Assembly (NCBI GenBank): GCA_017992215.1
Contig: JAGOOZ010000001.1
Location: 1 to 43,640 of the forward strand
Direction of reading: 5' to 3'
DNA: 43,640 nt
Origin: Minisyncoccota bacterium
Lineage (GTDB): Bacteria; Patescibacteriota; Minisyncoccia; Phycocordibacterales; UBA9973
Position 1 is the stretch's first letter. Each line of letters begins with the position of its first letter. The notes beneath the pieces were generated by a model. It was given only the letters and a program-made list of their open reading frames with translations, did no database searches and was not told the DNA's origin. Both the position numbers and the translations under genes were made by a program. Of this stretch, positions 16,144 through 25,763 are shown in pieces.

Positions 16144-16758
16144 ATGAAAACAGTACTTTTAACTGGATTTGAGCCTTTTGGTAATTACACAAAAAATCCA
16201 AGTCAAGATATGGCTGTACATTACAACAATAAAACTCTTGGAACAAAACAAATTATTGGTATTGTATTACCGTGTAGTTACTTTGGTGCTTTTAGTATCC
16301 TTAAGAAAAAAATCAATGAACACAGGCCTCACATGATACTCAGTATTGGACTCGCATCACAAGTCAAAGGAATTCGCTTTGAAACAAAATTTCAAAATCG
16401 AATGTATAGCAAATACCCTGATGCTACTGGATACGCACCAGTAAACAAAGAAATACTACCTGGTTCAAAATCTTTTTTGTATTCACATCCAATAGTAAGC
16501 ACACCACTATTAAATGCACTACGGAAAGAAGATATTCCTGTTGAAATTTCAAATGATGCAGAAAGTTTTGTTTGTAATGCACTTGGATACTTAACAGCAA
16601 GAACAATCACAGAAAATAAACTGTTAATACAACATATATTTATTCATATTCCATGGACAGATATATATGCGTCACAAATTTTGCAAGAACCAGAAAAAGT
16701 GTGTCTTCCAGAAAAAATGGTACAAAAAGCAATTGAATTAATTATTCAACGTGTGTAA
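16144..16758 (+). CDS. pcp: Pyroglutamyl-peptidase I (peptidase C15)
   Basis: MKTVLLTGFEPFG N-terminus, catalytic Cys context ESFVCNALGY, His context IFIHIP. Confidence 0.9.
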   Translation: MKTVLLTGFEPFGNYTKNPSQDMAVHYNNKTLGTKQIIGIVLPCSYFGAFSILKKKINEHRPHMILSIGLASQVKGIRFETKFQNRMYSKYPDATGYAPVNKEILPGSKSFLYSHPIVSTPLLNALRKEDIPVEISNDAESFVCNALGYLTARTITENKLLIQHIFIHIPWTDIYASQILQEPEKVCLPEKMVQKAIELIIQRV

Positions 16759-16778
16759 AAATGAGTCTGTATACAGAC

Positions 16779-17963
16779 TCATTTTTTTATTTCAAATCTT
16801 TTTATTATGTCCTCCACTTCTCTCGCATTTTCTGCCTCCATTAATTTGATTCGGAGTTCTTTCGCACCATTAAAACCATGCACGTAGGCCTTGTAGTGTT
16901 TTTTCATGATTGAAAAACTTTTTATATCACCGAGGAGCTCTTCATATAATTTTGTATGTTCTACAAGTACACGCAATCGCTCTTCGAGTGGAATCGTAGT
17001 TTCAGCATGGAGCCAATATTTATGAGCGTCTTCCACAGCAGCCCCAGTATCATTTTTTCGAATTATAATATCGGCAACACACTCGCTTCGCTCGGCACTA
17101 TCCCGGCTCTGTGTTGTAGAAGAAAGAGAAAGTTTTGTTTTTCTGTAACGAAATATATTTATAAATTTCTGAAAAAATGAAACGGGGTGCTCAATTTTAC
17201 AGTCACGCGAAGCGTGAGTAAAATTGGCAAAAAGCCAGGGGTTTCCAAACAATGCTCTTCCAATCATTACACCATCACATCCGGTCTCTTCGGCAAGTGC
17301 TCTTGCATGTTCGATGTTTTTTACATCACCATTGCCGATAATCTTCGTCGCTACACCCATCTGGTCACGAAGTGCGACCACCTCTCTCACGTGTTCCCAG
17401 CGTGCAGGAACAAGCGACATCTCTTTGCGTGTTCGAGCATGTACCGTAAGTGCAGAAATATTTTGTGCGAGCAACAACGGAATCCATTCATCGATTTGTA
17501 TTTTATTGTAGCCAACACGAGTCTTCACTGATACAGGAATATCGCACCCCGCATCAGCAATACCATCTTTCACTGCTTGAATTATCGCTACTGCAACATC
17601 AGGTGTTTTTATCATTGCCGCACCTGCACCCTGTTTCTCTATCGAGCGGTCAGGACACCCCATATTGATATCAATACCATCAAAACCAAGTGAAGCGACA
17701 AATTTCGAAGCTTCACGCATCTTGTCAGGGTGAGCAGAAAAAAGCTGAGCCACAATCGGTCGCTCACCTTCTGTGTATTCCAAATCTCTTTGCAATACTT
17801 CACGCCCTTTACTTGCAAGTCCATCAGCCGAAACGAATTCAGTCCACGTTACATCTGGCTTGCCGTATTTCGCAATAATACGACGAAAAGCGGGATCCGT
17901 GACGTCAGCCATCGGCGCCAGTGCGAAAAAGGGTTTCGGTAATTGTTCCCAAAAATTACTCAT
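16779..17963 (-). CDS. tRNA-dihydrouridine synthase
   Basis: Start at MSNFWEQLPKPFFALAPMADVTDPAFR (Dus N-terminal signature). FMN-binding TIM barrel motifs (DINMGCP, VKTR, HART). About 60 aa longer than typical DusB. Confidence 0.85.
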   Translation of the reverse strand: MSNFWEQLPKPFFALAPMADVTDPAFRRIIAKYGKPDVTWTEFVSADGLASKGREVLQRDLEYTEGERPIVAQLFSAHPDKMREASKFVASLGFDGIDINMGCPDRSIEKQGAGAAMIKTPDVAVAIIQAVKDGIADAGCDIPVSVKTRVGYNKIQIDEWIPLLLAQNISALTVHARTRKEMSLVPARWEHVREVVALRDQMGVATKIIGNGDVKNIEHARALAEETGCDGVMIGRALFGNPWLFANFTHASRDCKIEHPVSFFQKFINIFRYRKTKLSLSSTTQSRDSAERSECVADIIIRKNDTGAAVEDAHKYWLHAETTIPLEERLRVLVEHTKLYEELLGDIKSFSIMKKHYKAYVHGFNGAKELRIKLMEAENAREVEDIIKRFEIKK

Positions 17964-18837
17964 CACTAAATTTATATAAAACCTTATTCTTAAATCGTAA
18001 ATCAATATAAAGAAGCGTACTGTATCGTGTTTTTACCTCTGTTGCAAATTCTGTTTTTCCTATTGCGAGAGTGAGGTTTTCTAATATTGAATCAAGGTCA
18101 GTATCATCACGGAATAACATACGTGGTACTGTCGCACCCGAGAGGTGTGCGAGTACGAGTGCATACGTACCATCTGCCTCAACAACAAGATATCGTGGCT
18201 CAAGTCCGTTTGTTCGTACCCCATCAATAAATCGAATCATCCGGTGGAATACGTCAGGTGAAAATACATACATACCTTGCGGTGGGACAAAAAGAGAAGA
18301 AGCTTCCTCTTTCATTTCACGATAAAATTTAAAATATACATCACCAGAAAAATATGGTGCTCTATCAAAAATATACCCATCACTATTTACAAAATAACAT
18401 ACCTCTTCATTCTCTGTATCCAAGATGGGCTGTGTACCACAATAGAGATACACACCTTCACGTTCAGTAATCGTAATACGAAGCGATGTTGTCGAAGTAC
18501 GTTCAATCGCAAGTGTCTCGATACGAGGAAATGAATCAATCAATCGTGCATAGAGAGTGTCATGCGGATAGATAAATGCATTTGCTCGTGAAAAAAGATA
18601 TCCGTACCTCCCCGAAAGCGTCTCCTGCACTACCGCTTCAATATCAGGAATATCAATAATCTCTGCACCTGATACTTCAATAGTAGAGAGAGTCACCCGA
18701 GGGTGCGCAGAAAAATATGCCAATGCACCGACACAGGTAAGTATCAACAATGAAAATAAAACAGAACGTCGTATTCGTTCTGTTTTACGTTTACGCTTGA
18801 GATCGATATTTCGTGGTGATGTGATGACTTCTCTCAT
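17956..18837 (-). CDS. ftsQ: Cell division protein FtsQ/DivIB-like (POTRA domain)
   Basis: Basic N-terminus and a single TM helix. POTRA-like VTLSTIEVSGAEIIDIPDIEAVVQE...LAIERTSTTSLRITITER. Confidence 0.65.
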   Translation of the reverse strand: MREVITSPRNIDLKRKRKTERIRRSVLFSLLILTCVGALAYFSAHPRVTLSTIEVSGAEIIDIPDIEAVVQETLSGRYGYLFSRANAFIYPHDTLYARLIDSFPRIETLAIERTSTTSLRITITEREGVYLYCGTQPILDTENEEVCYFVNSDGYIFDRAPYFSGDVYFKFYREMKEEASSLFVPPQGMYVFSPDVFHRMIRFIDGVRTNGLEPRYLVVEADGTYALVLAHLSGATVPRMLFRDDTDLDSILENLTLAIGKTEFATEVKTRYSTLLYIDLRFKNKVLYKFSDE

Positions 18838-18855
18838 AGGGATAGTCGTATCATA

Positions 18856-20118
18856 TTACGCAATAACATCTTTACCAAGATATGTACGGAGTGCTTCAGG
18901 GACACGAATAGACCCATCTGCTTGTTGGAAATTTTCAATAAGTGAAACAAGGATTCGTGGAGTTGGGATTGCAGTACAGTTGAGAGAGTGAGCATAATGC
19001 ATCTTGCCTTCTTGGTCACGATATCGAATATTAAATCTGCGTGTCTGGAAGTCATGGAAATATGATGCAGAAGAAATCTCACGATACGTACCTTCTTTGG
19101 GAACCCACAACTCAATATCATATTTCTTCACCTGACCTTGCCCCAAATCACCACCGCAATTAATCACGGTATGATATGGAATACCAAGTGATTCTATAAA
19201 TTCTTCGGTATTACGATTTAATTCTTCGTGAAGTGTCACTGATGTTTGGTGTGAGGCCTCACAGAGAATAACTTGTTCAAATTTATAAAATTCATGCACA
19301 CGAATAAGACCTTTTGTATCTTTACTGTGACTTCCTGCCTCACGACGGAAACACGGAGAGAAACCGAGGTACTTGAGAGGAAATGTCTGTGCATCAAGAA
19401 TCTCATCAGCATACATACCCATCAATGGAACTTCTGCAGTACCAGCGAGTGCATCACCGTCTTGCGTCATATAATAATCCTCTGTATCGCCCGGTAGATG
19501 TCCTGTGCCATAGAGATTTTGCTTGCGAACAATCACTGGAGGAATCACCGGAACAAATCCACGTGATCCAAAAAATTCAAGTGCATAATTCCAAATCGCA
19601 AAACAAAGTCGAGCTCCATCGCCAGTTAGGAAATACCCACGGAAGCCATGAACCTTTGTACCACGTTCAACATCTACCATACGGAGTGCAGTCATGAGTT
19701 CAATATGATCTTTTGCTTCAAAATCAAATGATGGTTTCGTCCCCCATTGTTTTACCTCTTGATTCTCGGCGTCACTTTCTCCACCAGGAACAGTCATATC
19801 AGGAACATTAGGAACAGCGAGCATTAATGCCTGCCATTCGACCATTGTATCTCGAAGCTCATCTTCTTTTTCTTTTAACTCATCTTTTACGATTCGCATT
19901 TCTTCGATCATCTGAGCGCGATGATTTTCTTCGATGCGACCACCGAGGGTGACACTTACTTTGTTTTGTTCTCCTCGAAGAAATTCAACACGCGAGAGGA
20001 GTGAGAGTCTTTTTTCATCAGCAACAAGAAGAGCCTCAACATCAAAAGAACTATGCTTCTTTCGGGCTGCTTCTTTAATAAGGTCTTTATTTTCTCGTAT
20101 AAATTTAATATCCAACAT
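18856..20118 (-). CDS. serS: Serine--tRNA ligase
   Basis: Start at MLDIKFIRENKDLI. N-terminal coiled-coil arm. Class II motif 2 SPCFRREAGS. TAEVPL. C-terminal GSIRVPEALRTY. Confidence 0.95.
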   Translation of the reverse strand: MLDIKFIRENKDLIKEAARKKHSSFDVEALLVADEKRLSLLSRVEFLRGEQNKVSVTLGGRIEENHRAQMIEEMRIVKDELKEKEDELRDTMVEWQALMLAVPNVPDMTVPGGESDAENQEVKQWGTKPSFDFEAKDHIELMTALRMVDVERGTKVHGFRGYFLTGDGARLCFAIWNYALEFFGSRGFVPVIPPVIVRKQNLYGTGHLPGDTEDYYMTQDGDALAGTAEVPLMGMYADEILDAQTFPLKYLGFSPCFRREAGSHSKDTKGLIRVHEFYKFEQVILCEASHQTSVTLHEELNRNTEEFIESLGIPYHTVINCGGDLGQGQVKKYDIELWVPKEGTYREISSASYFHDFQTRRFNIRYRDQEGKMHYAHSLNCTAIPTPRILVSLIENFQQADGSIRVPEALRTYLGKDVIA

Positions 20119-20189
20119 ATAGTTATGAGTATACCCCGAAGTATGATTTTTTACAAAAAGTGACTTTATCCATGATATACTTTTTATAC

Positions 20190-21050
20190 ATGGAAGATAT
20201 TCGAATACTTTCAATAAAAGAAATCCCTCCTCAACTTCTTGAAATCCCCCAGCCACCTAAAAAACTCTTTATACGAGGCACATTACCTGATGCATCATAT
20301 ACGTATCTCGCAGTAATTGGATCTCGAAAACATACCTCATACGGAAGAGATATGTGTGAACGTTTAATACGAGGACTCAAAGGATACCCTATCGCTATCG
20401 TCTCGGGACTTGCACTCGGAATCGATACGATTGCACACACAACAGCACTCGATGTTGGGCTCCCTACTGTTGCATTCCCTGGATCAGGACTCGACAGAAA
20501 TGTCCTCTATCCTCGTACGAATATTCTTCTCGCAGAAAAAATTATTGCACAGGGTGGTTGTTGCATTTCAGAAATGGAACCCCACGAGAAAGCAATGGTG
20601 TATTCTTTTCCTCAGCGAAACAGACTCATGGCAGGTATTGCAAGGGCGGTTCTTGTTATTGAAGCAGAAGAAAAATCAGGTACACGGATTACTGCACGTA
20701 TGGCTATCGACTACAACAGAGATGTTCTTGCAGTTCCTGGGTCTGCACTTTCATCAAATTCAAAAGGTACACACGCACTCATCCGACAAGGAGCGACACC
20801 TGTTACAACAAGTGAAGAAATCCTAGAAGCACTTGGATACACACCAACAGAACACCACGATGATAGATTGCGATACAAAGATTGTGGACCAGATGAATTA
20901 CGTGTACTTGAATTCCTGCGTGAACCACAAGAAAGAGATGTTTTGATTCGCTTGTGTGGTTTTGATATTGCACGAGCAAATGCACTTCTCTCAATCATGG
21001 AAATAAAAGATTTAATTCGAGAAGAACTTGGGGAAATACATAAGATTTGA
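20190..21050 (+). CDS. dprA: DNA processing protein DprA (Smf)
   Basis: GSRKHTSYG, SGLALGIDTIAH, FPQRNRLMAG motifs. Start set at ATG 20190, 8 nt after the extended -10 TGaTATACT. The ORF-track GTG 20160 is less likely. Confidence 0.85.
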   Translation: MEDIRILSIKEIPPQLLEIPQPPKKLFIRGTLPDASYTYLAVIGSRKHTSYGRDMCERLIRGLKGYPIAIVSGLALGIDTIAHTTALDVGLPTVAFPGSGLDRNVLYPRTNILLAEKIIAQGGCCISEMEPHEKAMVYSFPQRNRLMAGIARAVLVIEAEEKSGTRITARMAIDYNRDVLAVPGSALSSNSKGTHALIRQGATPVTTSEEILEALGYTPTEHHDDRLRYKDCGPDELRVLEFLREPQERDVLIRLCGFDIARANALLSIMEIKDLIREELGEIHKI

Positions 21051-21098
21051 CGATTATTCTATTTGTGCTATAATACAAATAACTTAATCCATAAATTT

Positions 21099-21350
21099 AT
21101 GAAAAAGATAGTTTTTGCTCTTTTGCTCTTTTTTTGTTCTCTAACATTCACCTTCGCCCAAAATGATCCACTCACCAAAGGGTCAATTCCCTCAGTCCAA
21201 GGTGAAGGAGGAGGACCCGACCCCGATCGAAACGTACCTGTTGATCAAGGAGATATCTTTCTTCTTATCGCTGGAATTGGATTTGCAGTGTGGTGCCTAA
21301 AGAAAGCCAAAGAAAGAACAACTCTGTTCAAAGAGCCACTCAAAGAATAA
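21099..21350 (+). CDS. Small secreted/membrane-anchored protein
   Basis: MKKIVFALLLFFCSLTFTFA signal peptide, short G/P/D-rich segment, C-terminal TM helix plus a KKAKER anchor. Terminator at 21378-21410. Confidence 0.55.
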   Translation: MKKIVFALLLFFCSLTFTFAQNDPLTKGSIPSVQGEGGGPDPDRNVPVDQGDIFLLIAGIGFAVWCLKKAKERTTLFKEPLKE

Positions 21351-21509
21351 CTTTAGTAAGCGAACAGCAATTATTTATAAAGCGTCACACATGTGGCGCT
21401 TTATTTTTTTATATATACAAAACACAATTATTTGCTAAAAAAACTTCTTTCGTGTAATACTCTAGAATAGCTTATGGCAATTAGCATCTCGCTACTAGCA
21501 AAAATAAAA

Positions 21510-23732
21510 ATGAAATTACTTATCGTAGAATCACCATCAAAAGCAAAAACAATTGAGAAATATCTCGATGGTGCTTTTACTGTGCGTGCATCTGTGGGGC
21601 ATATTCGTGATCTCCCAAAATCAAACAAGCAAGCAATCGACATCCCTGCGGGATTTGTTCCTCATTACGAAATCTCAAAAGGAAAAGAAAAAGTTGTCAG
21701 TGAACTTCAAACACTTGGACACAAAGCAACAGAAATCATGCTCGCAACTGACCCGGACCGAGAAGGAGAAGCAATTGCATGGCACATCGAAGAAATACTT
21801 CGTAATGACAAAAAAATAAAAGCACCTATCAAACGTGTCACCTTTCACGAAATCACAAAAGAAGCAGTAGAAGAAGCACTCAAGAATCCTCGAGATATTG
21901 ATACTAATCTGCGTCGCGCCCAGGAGGCGCGACGCGTACTCGACCGTCTCGTTGGATATGATCTCTCTGGTGTTATCTGGAAAAAGGTTCGCTATGGACT
22001 CTCTGCAGGGCGTGTACAATCCCCTGCACTCCGCATCATCATGGAACGTGAGCGAGAAATTCGTGCATTCGTACCTGAGCAATACTGGGTACTCGAAGGA
22101 TTGTTCCAAACGACAAAAAAGGAAGACCTCACACTCTCGTGCGTCGAAGAACCGCGTGATCGAAAAATTGTAGATACTATTCTTTCACTTGGTAAAAAAG
22201 AAGTCTGGGAAGTTAAAGATGTTAAAGCATCTGAACAAAAACGTTCACCTCGTGCGCCATTCACTACATCAACACTCCAGCAAACAGCCTCAACTCGCCT
22301 TGGCTTCTCGCCATCACGCACGATGCAAGTCGCACAAAAACTCTACGAGCAAGGATTTATTACCTATATGCGTACAGATAGTACCAACCTCGGAGCACAA
22401 GCACAGGCGCAGATTCTCGCTCTTGTTGAAAAGAAATATGGAAAAGAATACGCCGAAGCTCATACCTATAAAACAAAATCAAAGAATGCTCAAGAGGCCC
22501 ACGAAGCAATTCGCCCAACACATGTCGAATCAATGAATGAAGGAGCAAATGAAGAGCAAAAACGTCTCTATCGACTCATCTGGGAGCGAGCAGTGTCTTC
22601 ACAGATGACCGACGCAAAACTCATGAAGACAAAAATCATCGCTAATATCACGAGTGGCGAAATTCCTGACTTTACTGCCAATGGTTCACGAGTACTCTTC
22701 CCTGGATGGCTCTCTGTTGATACAGAAGCACGAGGTGAAGACGTAGAGCTTCCACTTGTAGAAGTGGGACAAAAATTAAAATTACTCGAACTCAAAGATA
22801 CAGAGAAAGCAACTGAACCACCAAACAGATACACCGAAGCAGGACTCGTCAAAGAACTCGAAGCACGTGGAATCGGAAGACCTTCAACGTATGCATCTAT
22901 TATGAAGACTATTGAAGAACGTGGATACGTCACAAAAGAAGGACGCACACTCTTCCCGACTGATACTGGAGATGTTGTTTCGAGTTTCCTTGAAAATAAT
23001 TTCGCAGAATATATCAGTGATACTTTCACTGCTGAAATGGAAGATGAACTCGATGAAATAGCCGAAGGTAAACGCGAATACGTAAAGACGTTGAAAGATT
23101 TTTATATTCCATTCCAAAAAGACGTCAAAGAAAAAGACAAACTCGCTAAAGCGACAAACATGGGTGAAGCACCTGAAGATATGAAGTGCCCAAAATGTGG
23201 GGCTTCGATGATCATCAAACTCGCCCGCAATGGTAAATTCTATTCATGTTCAAAATACCCCGACTGTGATGGTGCCCGAACACTTGAAGGCAATGAACTC
23301 GAAGGACCAAAAGAAACTGGTGAAATGTGCCCACTCTGTGGCGAGAAAAAAGGTAAATCAGGTGGCGGTAAGCTCGTCATACGTCAAGGGAAATTCGGAG
23401 CATTCATTTCATGCTCACGATATCCAAAATGTAAATTCATCAAAGAAGATGAAGAAGAAAAGAAAAAGAAATTGACTGGCGTACAATGCCCTACCTGTAA
23501 AAAAGGTGAAATGATGGAACGACGCGGACGATTTGGGATTTTCTACTCATGTTCAAATTATCCAGATTGTAAAAATGCAATCAAAGCAAAACCAACGGGT
23601 AATATCTGCGACCTCTGCGGAAGCCTCATGATGGAAGGCACAAAAACTATCCCTGAGCGATGTAGCAATAAGATGTGTAAAATGCATAATCCTCATAAAC
23701 TAGGAGAGGATATCAAGAATAATAAGAAATAA
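21510..23732 (+). CDS. topA: DNA topoisomerase I
   Basis: Toprim start MKLLIVESPSKAKTIEKYL, DPDREGE, active-site Tyr region FITYMRTDS, and four C-terminal CxxC...CxxC zinc ribbons. The alternative start ATG 21474 lies 5 nt after a TAGAAT box. Confidence 0.95.
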   Translation: MKLLIVESPSKAKTIEKYLDGAFTVRASVGHIRDLPKSNKQAIDIPAGFVPHYEISKGKEKVVSELQTLGHKATEIMLATDPDREGEAIAWHIEEILRNDKKIKAPIKRVTFHEITKEAVEEALKNPRDIDTNLRRAQEARRVLDRLVGYDLSGVIWKKVRYGLSAGRVQSPALRIIMEREREIRAFVPEQYWVLEGLFQTTKKEDLTLSCVEEPRDRKIVDTILSLGKKEVWEVKDVKASEQKRSPRAPFTTSTLQQTASTRLGFSPSRTMQVAQKLYEQGFITYMRTDSTNLGAQAQAQILALVEKKYGKEYAEAHTYKTKSKNAQEAHEAIRPTHVESMNEGANEEQKRLYRLIWERAVSSQMTDAKLMKTKIIANITSGEIPDFTANGSRVLFPGWLSVDTEARGEDVELPLVEVGQKLKLLELKDTEKATEPPNRYTEAGLVKELEARGIGRPSTYASIMKTIEERGYVTKEGRTLFPTDTGDVVSSFLENNFAEYISDTFTAEMEDELDEIAEGKREYVKTLKDFYIPFQKDVKEKDKLAKATNMGEAPEDMKCPKCGASMIIKLARNGKFYSCSKYPDCDGARTLEGNELEGPKETGEMCPLCGEKKGKSGGGKLVIRQGKFGAFISCSRYPKCKFIKEDEEEKKKKLTGVQCPTCKKGEMMERRGRFGIFYSCSNYPDCKNAIKAKPTGNICDLCGSLMMEGTKTIPERCSNKMCKMHNPHKLGEDIKNNKK

Positions 23733-23785
23733 AACATCTCGGCTACACCCTTAATTTTTAACCTTGTATAGACCCTTGCACGTAC

Positions 23786-23814
23786 TTGACTTTTTGTGTG
23801 TTATGTGATATGAT
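23786..23814 (+). promoter_or_regulatory. Near-consensus sigma70-type promoter TTGACT-17-TATGAT
   Basis: -35 at 23786-23791 and -10 at 23809-23814, exactly 17-nt spacer, upstream of the 79-aa ORF cassette. Confidence 0.6.
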
Positions 23815-23839
23815 ATACCTTATAATGTTCTTTTAGAGT

Positions 23840-23893
23840 ATTTAGTGAATTATCTTTGTTTATAAAGCAGTAAATAAAGATAATTCACTAAAT
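23840..23893 (+). promoter_or_regulatory. 23-bp leader hairpin between the promoter and the 79-aa ORF
   Basis: Arms 23840-23862 / 23871-23893 with a single G-U (G23858-U23875) on the plus strand, which is C-A on minus. 8-nt loop. Followed by cuucauuuuu. Confidence 0.6.
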
Positions 23894-23915
23894 CTTCATT
23901 TTTAAATAAAAAATC

Positions 23916-24155
23916 ATGACAGACACGACAACAGAAGTACCCCACGCCATTGAAGGCACACCTCTTTCTCGCTACACAGCAGCGGACATCCTCAGGACAA
24001 TTGCTGATGATGGACAAGATGGAAACTCCCCTTTTCCTAATGGCGGATGTACACCCTACGATTTAGGTAGAGCACTGGCACGGCTTTGTCCCAATGCCTA
24101 CATGCCCTATGAAGAGTTCATGGAACAATTCAATAAGGGTTTCTCTAAGTGGTAG
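23916..24155 (+). CDS. Hypothetical 79-aa protein (orphan, G+C-richer than flanks)
   Basis: ORF bracketed by its own promoter, leader hairpin and terminator. No family recognised. Confidence 0.55.
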   Translation: MTDTTTEVPHAIEGTPLSRYTAADILRTIADDGQDGNSPFPNGGCTPYDLGRALARLCPNAYMPYEEFMEQFNKGFSKW

Positions 24156-24167
24156 TAAAAATACTTA

Positions 24168-24205
24168 AAGTCATTAAAGTTTCGAAACTTTAATGACTTT
24201 TTTTA
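24168..24205 (+). terminator. Rho-independent terminator
   Basis: aaagtcattaaagtttc / gaaactttaatgacttt palindrome followed by T7. Confidence 0.85.
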
Positions 24206-24257
24206 TATTTCCTAAAAATTTATTATCTTTTATTTTTTATGGTATATAATTAAAGAT

Positions 24258-25724
24258 ATGATTCCCCCAACACAAGATATCTTTAATTTCATGACCAATG
24301 TGACTGAAGAAGAAAAAGCTTTAATCACAAAAGCTTATGATTTTGCACGTAACGCACATGATGGACAAGTCAGAAAAAGTGGCGAACCATATTTTATTCA
24401 CGTATTTGCAACAGCAAAAAACCTTGCAGAGCTTGGTATGGGCCCGACTGTAATCGCGGCAGGTTTCCTCCATGATGTACTTGAAGACACAGAAACAACA
24501 GAAGAAGAATTAGAAAAAGAATTTGGCGCAGAGATTGTAGGACTGGTCAAAGGTGTCACTAAACTTGGTACGGTAAAATACAAAGGTATTGAACGAAACG
24601 TAGAAAATCTTCGTAAATTTTTTGTATCAATGACCGAAGACTTGCGTGTGCTTGTCATCAAACTTGCAGACAGACTACACAATATCCAGACACTCGAACA
24701 CGTTCGACCAGATAAACAAAAACGTATTGCACTTGAAACACTCGAAGTATACGCACCACTCGCAAATAGACTCTCTATGGGTCGACTCAAAGGTAAACTC
24801 GAAGACAGTGCATTTCGTTTTGCCTATCCAAAAGAATACGAGGAAGTACGTACTCTTCTCGCTGAAAAATCAGATGCTGAAGAAAAATACCTTCATGAGG
24901 TACATGACATACTCCAACAAAAACTCCAAGAACACAAGATTGAAGCTCGTGTTGATTACAGACAAAAGCATCTCTACTCGCTGTGGTGTAAATTAAAAAA
25001 ATACGATATGGATATTGGTAAAATCTACGATATTATCGCGATTCGTGTTGTTGTTAAAAATATCGAAGATTGTTATCACACACTCGGTATTATTCACGGT
25101 ACATGGAAACCGCTCCCCGAGAGAATCAAAGACTACATTGCAACCCCAAAACCAAACGGATACAAATCACTTCACACGACAATCTTCTCTGGTACTGGTG
25201 GTATCGTTGAAATACAAATCAGAACAGAATCAATGCATGACGAAGCAGAAAACGGTGTTGCTGCACACTTTGCATACAAAGAAAAAGGAGCTCACCAAAA
25301 AGAAGTTGATACAAAAAAATTTGAATGGATAAACCAACTTCGTGATATCAACCAAGAAATAACTTCTCCAGAGAAATTCCTGAAAGAAATCAAAATGGAC
25401 TTTTTTAAGGACCGCGTGTTTGTATTCACACCTAAAGGTGAAATCATTGATCTACCTGAGGATTCGAGTGCGATTGATTTTGCGTATGCAATCCATACCG
25501 ACATCGGCAATCATGCCCAGAATGCAAAAATAAACGGCAAAATGGTAGCGCTTCACACCAAACTCAAGAATAAAGATATCATCGAGATTCATACAAATAA
25601 AAATACAAATCCTTCTTCGAAATGGCTCGCACATGCAAAAACGGGTCTCGCTCGAAAACATATCAATGCACACCTCAAAGAAAATAGTCTTCTCTCAAAA
25701 TTCCGCTCGTTTGCAAAATTCTAA
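24258..25724 (+). CDS. rel: Bifunctional (p)ppGpp synthetase/hydrolase, RelA/SpoT homolog truncated after the TGS domain
   Basis: HD hydrolase motif HDVLEDT. Synthetase core (GYKSLHTT, EIQIRT). TGS VFVFTPKGEIIDLPEDSSAIDFAYAIH. 488 aa, with no ACT/zinc-finger C-terminal domains. Confidence 0.9.
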   Translation: MIPPTQDIFNFMTNVTEEEKALITKAYDFARNAHDGQVRKSGEPYFIHVFATAKNLAELGMGPTVIAAGFLHDVLEDTETTEEELEKEFGAEIVGLVKGVTKLGTVKYKGIERNVENLRKFFVSMTEDLRVLVIKLADRLHNIQTLEHVRPDKQKRIALETLEVYAPLANRLSMGRLKGKLEDSAFRFAYPKEYEEVRTLLAEKSDAEEKYLHEVHDILQQKLQEHKIEARVDYRQKHLYSLWCKLKKYDMDIGKIYDIIAIRVVVKNIEDCYHTLGIIHGTWKPLPERIKDYIATPKPNGYKSLHTTIFSGTGGIVEIQIRTESMHDEAENGVAAHFAYKEKGAHQKEVDTKKFEWINQLRDINQEITSPEKFLKEIKMDFFKDRVFVFTPKGEIIDLPEDSSAIDFAYAIHTDIGNHAQNAKINGKMVALHTKLKNKDIIEIHTNKNTNPSSKWLAHAKTGLARKHINAHLKENSLLSKFRSFAKF

Positions 25725-25726
25725 TA

Positions 25727-25758
25727 TAAAACACCCGTACAGAATGTACAGGTGTTTT
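25727..25758. terminator. Bidirectional terminator hairpin
   Basis: aaaacacccgtac / gtacaggtgtttt between convergent rel and parB. The single mismatch is a G-U on the minus strand. Confidence 0.75.
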
Positions 25759-25763
25759 ATATT

